NCBI GenBank assembly: GCA_951406725.2
Contig: OX597830.1
Coordinates: 28,520,001-28,584,000 of the forward strand
Origin: Octopus vulgaris
Lineage: Eukaryota
Direction of reading: 5' to 3'
DNA length: 64,000 nucleotides
The notes beneath the pieces were generated by a model. It did not search any database. It saw nothing but the letters and a program-made list of their open reading frames with translations, and was not told the origin of the DNA. The translations under genes and the position numbers were made by a program. Positions 29,508 through 43,548 of the stretch are shown piece after piece (the stretch's first letter is position 1; each line of letters begins with the position of its first letter).

Positions 29508-29940
29508 TAGGCGCAGGAGTGGCTGTGTGGTAAGTAGCTTGCTAACCAGCTACATGGTTCTGGGTTCAGTCCCACTGCGTGGCATCTTGGGCAAGTGTCT
29601 TCTGCTATAGCCCCGGGCCGACCAATGCCTTGTGAGTGGATTTGGTAGACGGAAACTGAAAGAAGCCTGTCGTATATATGTATGTATGTATATATATATA
29701 TATATATATGTACGTGTGTGTTTGTGTGTCTGTGTTTGTCTCCCTAGCATTGCTTGACAACGGATGCTGGTGTGTTTACGTCCCCGTCACTTAGCGGTTC
29801 GGCAAAAGAGACCCATAGAATAAGTACTGGGCTTACAAAGAATAAGTCCCGGGGTCGATTTGCTCGACTAAAAGCGGTGCTCCAGCATGGCCGCAGTCAA
29901 AAGGCTGAAACAAGTAAAAGAGTAAAAGAGTAAAGGAGTA
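29508..29940 (+). mobile_element. SINE family A, near-consensus full-length copy
   Basis: taggcgcaggagtggctgtgtggtaag...gggttcagtccc...tail of about three gtaaaaga units. Confidence 0.92.
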
Positions 29941-30002
29941 TATATGTATACTAAATATGTAATATAGTGTACATTTAAATAAAAGAGAAAACCGCCTTCA
30001 AC

Positions 30003-30465
30003 AGGCAGATTTTACGCGCTAGAAGCAATCAAAATGACCAAAACCACATTTAAGAGCAATCTTCAAACATAATGAAAAATAAAACTTATACCTTGTTATT
30101 TTATTCCGGTCAGACCTAGGTTTCTAAATTTTATTAGCAAATAAAATAATTTGCAAAGATTAATTCGGTAGTTAATCCATTTACTGCCGAATGAAATTGT
30201 GCTTGCGCGGTGAATTTGAATATTTGTAACGTATAACGAAGACATACGTGTTAATCGTCTCTTAATTACATGTTAGAGTTATGGCGCGATCACTGATGAA
30301 AAATTCGCCTAGCAAATTATTTTATTTGCTAAAAAATTTAGAAACCTAGGTCTGACCGGAATAAAATAACAAGGTAAAAGTTTTTATTTTTCATTCCTTT
30401 TGAAGATTGCTCTTAAATGTGACTTTGCTCGTTTTGACTGCTTCTTCTAGCGCGTAAAACTGCCT
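30003..30465. mobile_element. Fold-back/MITE-like element with ~150-bp inverted arms
   Basis: 30003-30154 is an imperfect reverse complement of 30312-30465. Confidence 0.8.
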
Positions 30466-30497
30466 AAAAAATTCTCTACTCTGTATATATTTTACGT

Positions 30498-30589
<92 letters not shown>

Positions 30590-30632
30590 GTCTTGAAAAG
30601 CAACACCGATTCTTACAATTGTGTAAATAAGA

Positions 30633-30900
30633 ATAATAGTATTTTATAAGTTTAAAGCTTATAAGCAATTACCGTGCAATGGCTAAAGAAAATAGTCTAA
30701 TAACGGGGCATATAAGCTCTCGCCGGAAAAAGAGTAATGTCTTCTCGTCCGACGTCTACGGGAAGCCTTTTTTTACGAGGGTTTATTAGGCTAATAAAGT
30801 AGACTAATTATTAGACTAATTAATAAACAGTATTAGAATAATTTCTTTAGTCATTGCACGGTGATTGCTTATAAGCTGTAAGCTTAAAATATTCTATTAT
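30633..30900. mobile_element. MITE-like element with ~70-bp inverted arms
   Basis: 30633-30702 vs 30831-30900 (gcttataagcaattaccgtgcaatggctaaagaaa / tttctttagtcattgcacggtgattgcttataagc). Confidence 0.75.
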
Positions 30901-31211
30901 ATATATATTATCCATCAAAAATTGCATGATTGTATCCATGCAAAAATCTCGCTCGTCTCTTAATGATATGAATATGGGAACTCCTAGGCCGCTCGAGTGC
31001 ATATGAAGGACACTCTCAAGTTAATCAACGCAGTATATGGTGTGCAAACACAAGAACCATGTTTAGTTAGAGATAAATAATGCCTTTTGTTATTAGTACT
31101 GCTTCTGTAGTCATTAATTCTTTGCATATGTGTATGAATACGTATACGTTTGTGAATCTCTCTACCTGTCCCTCATTCTATCTGAGGGTCTTTCTTTCTC
31201 ACTTTCTCTTC

Positions 31212-31249
<38 letters not shown>

Positions 31250-31927
31250 ATATCTATCTATCTATCTATCTATACATGTGTATAGGGTGCGCTCACATCT
31301 ATACAAACCTGATTGTGCTTCAGTGCGCAGGCACGTCCATGTATGTATATGTAAAAGTATGTGCCCGCTGAATTTGTGTCCACAGATTCCGTATTTGATA
31401 TAGAATTGTTGCAGACAAGGTTCGGGGAAAAAAGGAAAAGAAAAGGAGAAAGAAAGAATAATATTGGAAGAAGCGAAAATGGAAAGAAATGAAACAAGAA
31501 TGAAAACAAGGCAGAAAGGGTGAAAAATAGAATATATATATATATAAGAGAAGAAGAGATAAGCAAAATACACGAAAAAAGGAAATAACAGGTTCTGACC
31601 TGAGACGACCTCATTCATTTTAAAAGTTTTTTATTGATTACAAAAGAGTAGTAAGTACATGTTTGGCCAACATATAGCAGAAAGCAACTGAATGGGCAGA
31701 AGAACTAATAAAATAAAGCAAAAAACAAACAAACAACAAAAAAGATGTGTAGATCGGACAGTGAATAATGTTCCCCTCGTGATCGTTTATTTGTTTTATC
31801 TATCTTGCTGGTGAGGAAGGTTGGATGAATAGATTGGTCCCAGAGGAAGAGAGACGTGGAAGCAGAGCATTGGTCGGGTTCGGCGGGCGTCGACCATCTC
31901 TGTCTTCCCATATGTATATATATATAC

Positions 31928-32078
<151 letters not shown>

Positions 32079-32278
32079 TGAAATGAGGGAGAGAGAAAGA
32101 AATAGGGGGATCAGTGGTAGGCAAAGAAACAATTTAGCAGATGGCCATGTGATTATAGAAACATACAATGGAAACAATGCTACATATGTTTTCTATACAG
32201 GCATACCCATAATCCTAGACATTTTAACACACACGTACACACGCACACATACAAACCTACGTACATATAGATTGGTGC

Positions 32279-32326
<48 letters not shown>

Positions 32327-32682
32327 ATATATATGTATATATATATATATAGTAGCACACACAAAATAACGTGTATCCTATGTTGTGTGCTTTTATTAAT
32401 TTTGATGCAATATTGTAATATGTACATGCTTAGATATAGAGGTACATATATGTTCTATGTACACCGTTCTTTGATAGAGAGATGATAGCATGATTATTGT
32501 AAGTAGATGAGAAAGTAAAACTCCATCTCATCCGCATGTACACATACATATATATTGGAATTTACGTGAGTATACATACATACGTATATACATACACACA
32601 GACGTATATATACACAAACATACGTCAAGGAATATGTGTATATGCGTGTATATATATATAAATGTATCTGTATATGTATGTG

Positions 32683-32751
<69 letters not shown>

Positions 32752-33020
32752 GACAAAAATTAAGTAGCAAATAGAGAGAGCTTTTTAATGTGGGGTAAGT
32801 TATCGAGTTGATAGAAATAGAATTGTTAATAAGCAGCCTTACTGATCGATCAATAGGGATGGAGATGTACGGTAAAAGTTCGATCGGCTAAGATTGATCA
32901 ATAAATCGTTAAAGAGATACATTAAATATATGAAGACTGAGTTCGATACGTATGTTCCTGCAGACATTGATGGGTTGAAGACGTATAAATAGACTTTTAA
33001 CTGTATGTGTATATAAATAA

Positions 33021-33054
<34 letters not shown>

Positions 33055-33055
33055 G

Positions 33056-33106
<51 letters not shown>

Positions 33107-33115
33107 GTATGTATA

Positions 33116-33212
<97 letters not shown>

Positions 33213-33535
33213 CATATATATAATGTATATATAGGATTGTATGTGTGAATGTATATATCTTTTTAGACACGTGTGTGTTTGTGTGTATATACATGCATTC
33301 ACATTTATATATGCATGCATGCATGTAGAAAGAGGAACAGGGGTTAAAGAATAAAAGCAAAAAGTACGTGTCTATACTTAGTGCTGCATGACCATTCGTA
33401 TACAGTTGTACGTAGTCACACGCTCATAAACATACGCCCACAACACGTGTGTGAGTGTGTGTATATATATATATATTCATATATATATATTCATGTGAAT
33501 TCTTTTGAATTCACTAGAATCTCAATTACTTAACC

Positions 33536-33619
<84 letters not shown>

Positions 33620-34002
33620 TAAATAGATAGATGTATGGATAAATAATGAAACAGAGAGCTATAAAAACGCAGAAAAAGAAATGGCGAGTAAAAGGCAAAT
33701 GGATGGCTATACTTACGACTATAAGGCGACATCTCAAATGATGTGATCGCTTGCTTGGCTTTGAATCTGGTTTCACATTTTGCCACATTCGACAGACAGT
33801 GTGCTGGAAGTTGTCCTGAAGGTTATTTACATACAACTGCACGAATATATCCCCTACACACATACAAACAATGAACACATACAGACGCATACACACACGC
33901 AAACATTATTTTACACGTCTACTTATATATATATGTGTGTGCATGTATATATGTAGATCTATATATCTCACCACTTGATGTTTGTCTTCATATAGTCTTT
34001 TA

Positions 34003-34242
34003 GTCTTTTACGTATTCCAGTCATTTGACTGTGGCTATACTGGAGCACCGCCTTTAATCGAGCAAATCGATACCAGGACTTATTCTTTGTTAGCCTAGTA
34101 TGTATTCTATCGGACTCTTATGCCGAACCGCTAAGTTACGGAAACGTAAACACATGAGCATCAGTTGTCAAGCGATGTTGGTGGGTACAAACACAGACAC
34201 ACAAACACACCCAAACACACACACCCAAACACACACACACAG

Positions 34243-34299
<57 letters not shown>

Positions 34300-34468
34300 C
34301 AGACGATGGGCTTCTTTCAGTTTCCGTCTACCAAATCCACTCATAAGGCTTGGTCGGCCCGAGGCTTTAGTAGAAGACACTTGCCCAAGGTGCCACGCAG
34401 TGGGACTGAACCCAGAGCCATACGTTTGGGAAGCAAGCTACTTACCACACAGCCATTCCTACGCCTAT
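34003..34468 (-). mobile_element. SINE family A
   Basis: Full-length reverse-complement match with expanded internal (CA)n(TA)n. Confidence 0.88.
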
Positions 34469-35307
34469 AGATATGTATGTACAAAGTTTCGAGCATACAA
34501 ACGTAGTCATATACAATAGTAGCTTAGATATACATACATCCGGACTCACTCACGTACGTATATAGGTATCAAGAAAAAAAGAAACTTATCATTAATGGCT
34601 TCACTGCAGTTTCCATTAATTTATGATTACATTTGTATGTATTCCTTGTAGAAAGGGATGTAATTGACAAATATAAAAACGTAATTGTGCATGAAGATAT
34701 ATGGTATGAAAGCCAGTGGTCTAGTGATTATGGCATTTCGTTTGCGATTATATAGCTATGGGTTCAATTCCTAGACCGGGCGACGTCTTGTGTCATTGAG
34801 CATGATACTTACAATAACGCTACTCCAAACTATTTTACTGAAAATTAGATTAATACCAGTCAAATGCTCTTGCCGCTGTATCCCCTCCGTGCTATCGTAA
34901 CGTGGATATACAACTGTGAGAATCTAGATAGGGTCTGTACTTAGCGACTATATAGGTTCCTGAAATAAAAAGTAGAGATAGAATGTTATATCTTACCAAG
35001 ACGTACTCGCTCGCTATTAACAGTTGGCTTTAAAATGTTTTGTATGACGAATAGAGTTTAAGCGATTAAGCAAATTAATACGAAATATATATATTCCTCG
35101 GAACTAGTTTGGTGTGTAGAAATTTATTTGATAAGGTGATGTAGTTTCAATTTCATAGTAAATTTAATTTGAATTTTTTATATTTTTAATAATCATGACG
35201 CAAAGTTAAAATTTTAATTGAAATTTTACATTTAGACTGCTTGAAATTTTAAAAGATTATATTTACCATTATACTGAATTTCATTTATACTTATACTTAT
35301 TTTAGTA

Positions 35308-35482
35308 GGGATCACGGGTTCGAATCTCAAACCGGGCGATGTGTGTGTTTATGAGTGAAACACCTAAGCTCCACGCGGTTCCGGCAGAAGGATCCGCGTC
35401 CCGTCCAGTTCGGGATCCTATAAGCAAAGGAAGCTGGGAAACCGGCCCTATGAGCCAGGAGTGGCTCGAGAATGAGTAAACA
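35308..35482 (+). mobile_element. 5'-truncated tRNA-SINE fragment (related to family C or a fourth family)
   Basis: B box gggttcgaatc then accgggcgatgtgtgtgtttatgagtgaaacacc; GC-rich island in AT-rich DNA. Confidence 0.55.
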
Positions 35483-35914
35483 ATACTTAATTTATTTACA
35501 CTTAAATTTACCGCTAATCACCACAACTTATCGGGTAGTTACAGACTGGCTTGCAAAAATAAATTATCAATTTTTTTTTGTCGTTCTTTCTTAACTATCT
35601 ACTGGAGAAGCTTAAATACGATTTTAGCACAAAAATTTGCTTTGTGTGCGGAAACAGATATATTATGGGAGGTAAGGCGCAATACACTGAACAGAAATTC
35701 GATTTGAAATGAAAAGAGATGAAAATGTTTAAACACATTAGGGATTCTTAGCACTGGTATTTTAGCATATAAGTTCTCCAGAAATATTCTGCTCTGTGGG
35801 AATCCTTACTAAATCAATTAATTCTAGAATATGATACCAATTTCATCGTAAATTCTGTCCTGATGTTTATAGCACAGCTATGAGCCTGTATGTTTATATA
35901 TTCATATTCATATT

Positions 35915-35968
<54 letters not shown>

Positions 35969-36512
35969 ATCTATCTATCTATCTATCTTAGTACAACGTA
36001 TCATACTACAACTTGCAGCTCTAGTGGGATTGATAGTTGATATAGTAGTGATAGCAATTATACTTCAATTACCTCAAGTTCTACTGCTAACACATTCACC
36101 TTTACAAATCACTACTAATTTTAGTATAATTCGGATACCATAGTATTGTTGATTGTAAATAGTGTTCTTTATGTCTGTTCTTTATGTACTGCACATCGGC
36201 TCCTTCTTCAACAGTTGCATATCATTGTTTTTTTTTTTTCTCTGAGAAGATGAAATTATTTCTTAAGTCACTCAGTTCTAGGATAAATAACGTCTGAGAT
36301 CTCCTACGGCTCAGTACATGGCATGAGGACGAAAGGGAGAAAGAGACATACAGCGAGGAGAATTGCTTGTAGTACTTGTTTGTTATTTAATATTATGAAC
36401 GGCGAGACAAAACTGTTATCAGTGGGATTGGAGCTCGAAGCACATAGACCCAGAACAAAAAATTTAATATCATAACAGAAATGATGTCTACCACCATGTA
36501 TCTATCTATCTA

Positions 36513-36572
<60 letters not shown>

Positions 36573-36586
36573 CATATATATATATG

Positions 36587-36680
<94 letters not shown>

Positions 36681-36850
36681 TGTGTGTGTGTGTGTGTGTG
36701 TGTGGTGTGGTGAATAGATTGTCGTCCAAATTACGCAGAAGAATGAAAATGACACTGACAGCTCATATTAGCAGATATATTTACCAAGTTCATATTAAAA
36801 TGTCTTGAAATACTAAAGAGTAAATTTATTCAATAAGATCGCGAATGACT

Positions 36851-37105
36851 TCAACCACGGCCTCCAGGCGACTTCAGTTCATCTTTGGTGTTACAAGGTG
36901 TTTTGTTCGTCTCTCGCTCAACTGTGTCCCACACATAATGGTCAAGGGGTTTGCAGTCTGGGGAGTTAGGTGGCCAGATGTTAAGGGTGGTGTTGTCGCA
37001 GAAATTGTCTGATAGCCATGACTGGGTTCTCCCTTTTGCGTGGCGAGGTACAGAGTCCTGTTGCCATACATAGGATCTTCCAGCAGTTACCCTGTTGATC
37101 CAGAG
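36851..37105 (-). pseudogene. DD37D/maT-type transposase C-terminal fragment
   Basis: YVWQQDSVPRH...IWPPNSPDCKPLDHYVW, with 37 residues between the last two catalytic Asp. Confidence 0.85.
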
Positions 37106-37140
37106 CAGTATTACACTTAAATGCATGCAAGCAAGTATAC

Positions 37141-37200
<60 letters not shown>

Positions 37201-37280
37201 CACCCTATAGAACCATATATTTATACATACTATTATGTAAATATACACACGTATTGACTTGACAGAGACAATATTCATAT

Positions 37281-37386
37281 ATCGCCTGAGGAAACAAAAC
37301 TAGATCTCATATTGCAGAGAAACGGTTACGTGACCAAATACTTGCAAGCTTGGAGAATTACGTTGCGTAGAAACAACTGTAGTGAT
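37281..37386 (+). ncRNA. Degenerate type I hammerhead-like motif
   Basis: atcgc-CTGAGGA...GAAA-caactg-TA-gtgat. Stem I pairs; stem II is decayed. Confidence 0.45.
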
Positions 37387-38376
37387 TACAAATAAATGTC
37401 CAGCCGTACACCTTCTTGTTGACTCCAACTTATTCATATACACACGTATATATATTCACATAGTACTGTACAAATATCTTGCAACATGTGTGTATGTTTG
37501 TACGTGTGCGTGTGAGTGTGTGTATTTGCATATGTACATATGTGTGCGTATACGTGAGCTTGTTTGCCCATGTATGCGTGCATTCTCCTGCTATAATCAT
37601 CAAGGAGCGTGTTTCTAATGATTACAATAATTGTTATATATCGAACTTCTAGTATATCTTGCATATTTTTACTGTTTCGCTTACAGATTTACCTATGATT
37701 TTATGCTCGTATTTTTGCACACATATAGGCATATATGTATGCAGCTATATATTTACTATGTACATATATATTCAATTATATATTTGCTGTGAGCCTATAC
37801 ATCTAAGACTATTGCTGGCCAGCTAACGCTTTCTGTATGCGGCACGTCTCTCATTCCCAAATACACTTACAAACTTTTGTCTTGAATCCAACATTCTGTG
37901 TCTGTTCTATATCATATATATTCACTAGAATAAGTCGAGAGGAAATAAAGAAAAAAAAAAGTATTACTGAGACTACAATAACAACTAAATCAAGAAATAC
38001 AACAGCAACCCCGCCGCCGCCAAAAAAAAAAAATATATATATATGTAAATATATAAAGATCATTGCTGCGAGGAGGTATAGAAATAATTGTGTATGGCAT
38101 TTTCACTGCATTAGTGTATGAATTGTTTCTGTGCTTATTCATAGATAGGCAGGGATATTTCTGGCAGCGTGCTTAGAGGTAAGATCCTCTTTTCGTTTCT
38201 GGTGATTAAACACATATGGTAACTAGGTGTGGTGTACACAGCAGATACTTAACGTTTCTTTCATGATTGACGGTCAGTTAGAGGACAGGCTAACTTATCT
38301 GGCTGTATTTTTCCACAGAGTATGCCAAGAACATGGCAAACAAATAATACTTATACACACACGCACACACACATAA

Positions 38377-38445
<69 letters not shown>

Positions 38446-38566
38446 GTATGTATATATGTATGTATATATATATATATAAATATATATATATACATATATA
38501 AATATATATATACATATATATTTATATATTAATAAATATACATGTTTATATATATATATGTATATA

Positions 38567-38648
<82 letters not shown>

Positions 38649-39079
38649 CTTTACAGATATGCATGCACACGCACGCGCGCGGAAACGTACATATACACGC
38701 ACACAGAAATACAGCTAGTTATATATACCGGATTGAAACAACGACACAACGTCCATTAGAATCACACGCACATATACATATATACACATATAAACACATA
38801 TGCTTACACATAAACGAATATACACACACATAAACATATTTAGATATAGTTATGGAAGAATATGTGCCGTTAGAGCGTTAACATTCATATATGTATATAT
38901 TATATTTCATAAGACAAAACTACATAAAGTGATTGTGTGTGTGCGTGCGCGCGAGTCTGTACATGTGTGCGCGTGTGTTTGTGTCTGCATACTCCCATGG
39001 AGATTTGTTTTATAACAAAATATATACACTCATGCGCATATATGCATTTATATATGCATCTGCTTACATATTTTCATGC

Positions 39080-39152
<73 letters not shown>

Positions 39153-39234
39153 TACATATATATATATATACATATGCACATATATACTCACACACACACA
39201 TATATATATACATATAGCCAAAGATGTACACACA

Positions 39235-39287
<53 letters not shown>

Positions 39288-40742
39288 GATTCCCCGTAAT
39301 TGTAATGATATACGATCATAAACAGATCAGCATATCAGACTCTAGCAGAGAGACACGTACACGCACAGACACTTACACACACTTACACACTCACACACAC
39401 ACACACATACACACACACACAGAGACACACACAGACACACACACACACGCACACACGGTTTGCACGGTTTGCACACCTATACTTGGAATAGGGAGGCAGG
39501 AAACAGAGAACCAAGGCAGACACCATTGATGCATTTTCCATCTTTGACATAGCGTTTTCGGTTTAGTGAGAAAAAAAGGCCCCCTAAATCATGAAGAAAA
39601 CTATATATATTCATGTGACTTGCACACTAACTATTAATATTTTTATCTTCTGAAAATTGCTCACTACATCTCATCAAACCCATTCACTTCTCTGCTCCGC
39701 CACCATCACTTACTGGCCAACAGCGTAACTACATTCGAAAGCTTTCTTGAAGCAACATGAAATATTAGACTTAGTTAAGTAAGCTGCAAAATGGCGACCA
39801 GAGTCCTTCAGGGCAATATTGCTGTACGCTGGTTATAACATTTGAACTTTAATTTTTCTTTCTTTCTTTTAGATTTGTATTTTTTTGGTTTGGAACGTGT
39901 GCGCTATATATCTTCTTGGTAGTTATAGATTCTTTTGTTGATGCAGTACTTTTTGGGGCTTTTTTTTGTTATTGGTGGTGGTGGTGGTGATAGCGGTGGT
40001 AATATTTGGCCCACGGTGTGGTGTGATCGAGTAAAGCTTATTATAAAAATCGTTTCAGCCGTGACGAGCAGATTTATTTTTCTCAGCCAGAGACGCCTCT
40101 CTAGGACCACATCAACGAAAGGCATCTTCATGGCAGCGAGTGTGTGATTTATATATTTGGCTGCTATGACTTGTAGATCGAATAACAGTCTATACGCTTA
40201 CTTGTGCTTGTTGTTACTGTTGTTGCTGTTTTGGTGGTGATTGCCGTCGTCGTCGTGGAAAAAAGTGTCTTGCTGGCGTCGGAATTGGAAGTGATACTTA
40301 ACCCCAGCTCGTTCCTGATCAAGAAAAAATATTTATCATTAATGGCGTCGCTGCAGTTTCCATTAATCATTTCTCTTTTCCTTGTTTCAGTTACTGGAGT
40401 GTGCGCATGCTCGAACACTGATGAGACTTCTTTCGTTTAACTAAACGACCAAAGTACTCATCTTTTCCACATTGGTATTTATTCGAACATTCTGTTTCTT
40501 CGGCCGATACCTTTCACTATGGGGAGGTAAGCAAAGTCAAACTGATTGCCTAGTGGTAGCAGAGCGAATAGGACCACAAAGACACACACATTTTACACAT
40601 ACATCCACATATATGTCTTTGTGTGTGTGTTTGTGTATGTGCGTGTGTGCGTGAGTGTATATATATGTACGTATGTACAAAATGTGACAGCTCACTTTTG
40701 ATGCAGGTTAATGAAGTGCCTCTCAATTTTCTGATTTCTTAA

Positions 40743-40893
40743 CTGCCCACAAGGGGCTATACACAGTGCGGACAAACAAGGACAGACAAACGGATTAAGT
40801 CGATTATATCGACCCCAGTGCGTAACAGGTAATTATTTAATCGACACCGAAAGGATGAAAGGCAACATCGACTTCGGAGGGATTTGAACTCAA
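40743..40893 (-). mobile_element. SINE family B 3' part (tail type 1)
   Basis: ctgcccacaaggggcta...gatttgaactca, very similar to 25829-25975. Confidence 0.85.
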
Positions 40894-41047
40894 AACTGCA
40901 AATAGCAGGTGGATTTTCACTTCGGAATTTTGCGTAAACTGTTGTAAATAGAGTTGGTAAAGAAGCAATACTAACGAATCATTAAAGATGTGTTAAAACA
41001 TTTTGTTTTAAATTCTTATATACATAAAATCAATTGCGATTCATATT

Positions 41048-41139
41048 TAAGGCTCTGATGAAGACTGTAAGTTGTTACTTGGACACCCATCTATGTGTCC
41101 ACTGCATCTTATAGCGGAAACAGCTGTAAGAAGGTCTTA
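41048..41139 (+). ncRNA. Type I hammerhead-like motif with long stem II
   Basis: ct-CTGATGA...ctgtaag...tggacac/gtgtcca hairpin...cttatag..GAAA-cagctg-TA-ag. Confidence 0.6.
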
Positions 41140-41191
41140 GGGTATTCGTTTATACATTTGTCGTCTCATTGTCTTATGTATATATACATAC

Positions 41192-41246
<55 letters not shown>

Positions 41247-41297
41247 ATATATATATATATATATATGTACATATATATGTGTGTACATATATACATA

Positions 41298-41353
<56 letters not shown>

Positions 41354-41381
41354 TGTATACATACATATATATATACATATA

Positions 41382-41450
<69 letters not shown>

Positions 41451-41984
41451 AATATATAATGGCATTCTACACAACTTTCGTCTATCAAATATTCGTTTAC
41501 AAATTTAGAGGTTATGTTGGCTGCTATTTCTAGCATCAAGCAGCAAACAATTTCCCTGATATATTTCACTGCATACATTGTTGCTTCCCTTTGTTTGTGT
41601 CGAAAAGAAGTCGTTTTTTCCCCTATCTGTTACTATTTTACTATTGTCATTGCTCTTCTTGCTACTATAGTCTATACGTTGCAGGGTGTATACTGCTGCT
41701 GCTGCCACTTCTGCCTCTGATGCTGCTGCTGCTGCTGGTGGTGTTGCTGCTGGTAGATATGTTGTGATGATCTGGGTTTTTTTTTTTGTGGTTGTCTATT
41801 CCAGCAATTTAATGGCAAGTGATATTCTTTAGAAAAAAGACTTCATTCTTTGTATTATCGATTATTTGCCCAAGCAAATGGTCTCAGAAGTATAATTAAG
41901 TGGAAAAGAGATTACGTGACATTTATGCAATCCTGAAGGGATTTATTGGTGTATGTATGAATATATATGTACATATATTCATAC

Positions 41985-42039
<55 letters not shown>

Positions 42040-42169
42040 TACGTATAGATAGATAGATAGATACATAGATATGTGTGTGCATACCAAGTCTCTCATGCTC
42101 TCGTATTCTCTTTCTAAATATATATGCACACATAAGTATAGATGCATATATATGTATACCTCTCTCTCC

Positions 42170-42211
<42 letters not shown>

Positions 42212-43214
42212 TACATCAGCCATTATGTCTTGGTCTTTTTCCGAACTTGGATTCCACGACTTGAGAGTTAGTCATCATTCCAATCGTTACAGCATGAAAC
42301 TGAAAATGCAATTTTAAAAAGGAAAAAAACAAAAAAAAAAACGAAAACAAAAAAGGCTCATTAATTTTATCATATAGCATGAATGCAATGTCGTGATTGG
42401 TGCAATATTTAATGAGATTACAGATCCTATTGAATTAAAGTATCGCCGTGAAAATATGTAGTAAATTGTTGATAAGATATGGGATTTCTATATTAACATG
42501 TGGACTATGATATTATCTTCGTTGTGACGTGGCACAAATATAAAGCCTTCAGGAAAATATGGAATGACGATCATTTGATACTTGACTGACTTCCTAGAAA
42601 CAATATCCAGATCTTATTTACGGAGTAGTAATGGACATACTTGAATTGTATATTTATAAACTCACAAATGTATAAGGAAAATGCGTGATGGCAACACCTG
42701 GAAAATCATTATCTGAGTTCTGCTGGATTACTGCTGCCCTCCAGAAATGTTATTGAGGAAGAACAATATTTTGGTGCATATGTGTTGCTGTGCCCATATA
42801 TGGGTGGTAAGATGGTCACCTTAAGCTTGCTGACTTCTTATCTCTCGTAGCCAACTGCAAAAGTGTGAATGAGAGAGAAAAGAAACTAACCCAAAATAGT
42901 TCACTACTAATTTGTTTATCGTCCCCAAAGAGACGGGAAGGTACCGTCAGTTTCTGCGCGATTTGAGCTGAGAGATCAGAAAGCCGGACCAAATACTTCC
43001 AGATATATTCAACACCGTTCACCATTCTGCTCATTGCCACCATTTAACACATGTTGAGAAGATAGTACTGAAGATTTTAAGTTTTGTGTTCGACTAAAGT
43101 CGAATTTGTACATTTTGCCTGAAACACTACGTTACTAACGACACAACACAAACACAAACACACGTGCGTACATATGCCCTCAGAATCATACACACAACAC
43201 ACACACATATGTAT

Positions 43215-43548
43215 GAGACACCCTTCGGTCATGAATGACCGTGAGATTGCACCTAGTAAGTTACCCTGCCAGGTACAAGTCCGGGTAAGGTTGTTTAAGG
43301 AAGACCAGCTGTCGCCCATGCATACCGGCGCTCCCTCTCCATGCCACCAGTTTTATTCAAGGGAAAGGCAAGGACTGATACAGCTTGGCACCAGTGACGT
43401 CGCAACTCAATTCTACAGCTGAATGAGCTGGAGCAACGTGAAATAAAGTGTCTTGCTCAAGAACACAACACGCAGCCCGGTTCGGGATTCAAACCCACAA
43501 ACTCACGATCGTAAGTTCGACGCTCTAACCACTGATCCACACACCTGC
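43215..43548 (-). mobile_element. tRNA-derived SINE family C (CORE/V-like body)
   Basis: Reverse complement: tggatcagtggttagagcg...gggtttgaatccc followed by gtgttcttgagcaagacacttt. Related decayed heads at about 34714-34830 (+) and 54960-55076 (-). Confidence 0.8.

Noticed and set aside
33660-33746. TATAAAA followed by a 21-codon ORF
   Set aside because: The ATG is too close to the TATA-like sequence, and such motifs are expected by chance in AT-rich DNA.
43470-43548. tRNA-like sequences here and at 12471 and 29508
   Set aside because: These are SINE heads; they run into SINE bodies and lack a complete cloverleaf and terminator.
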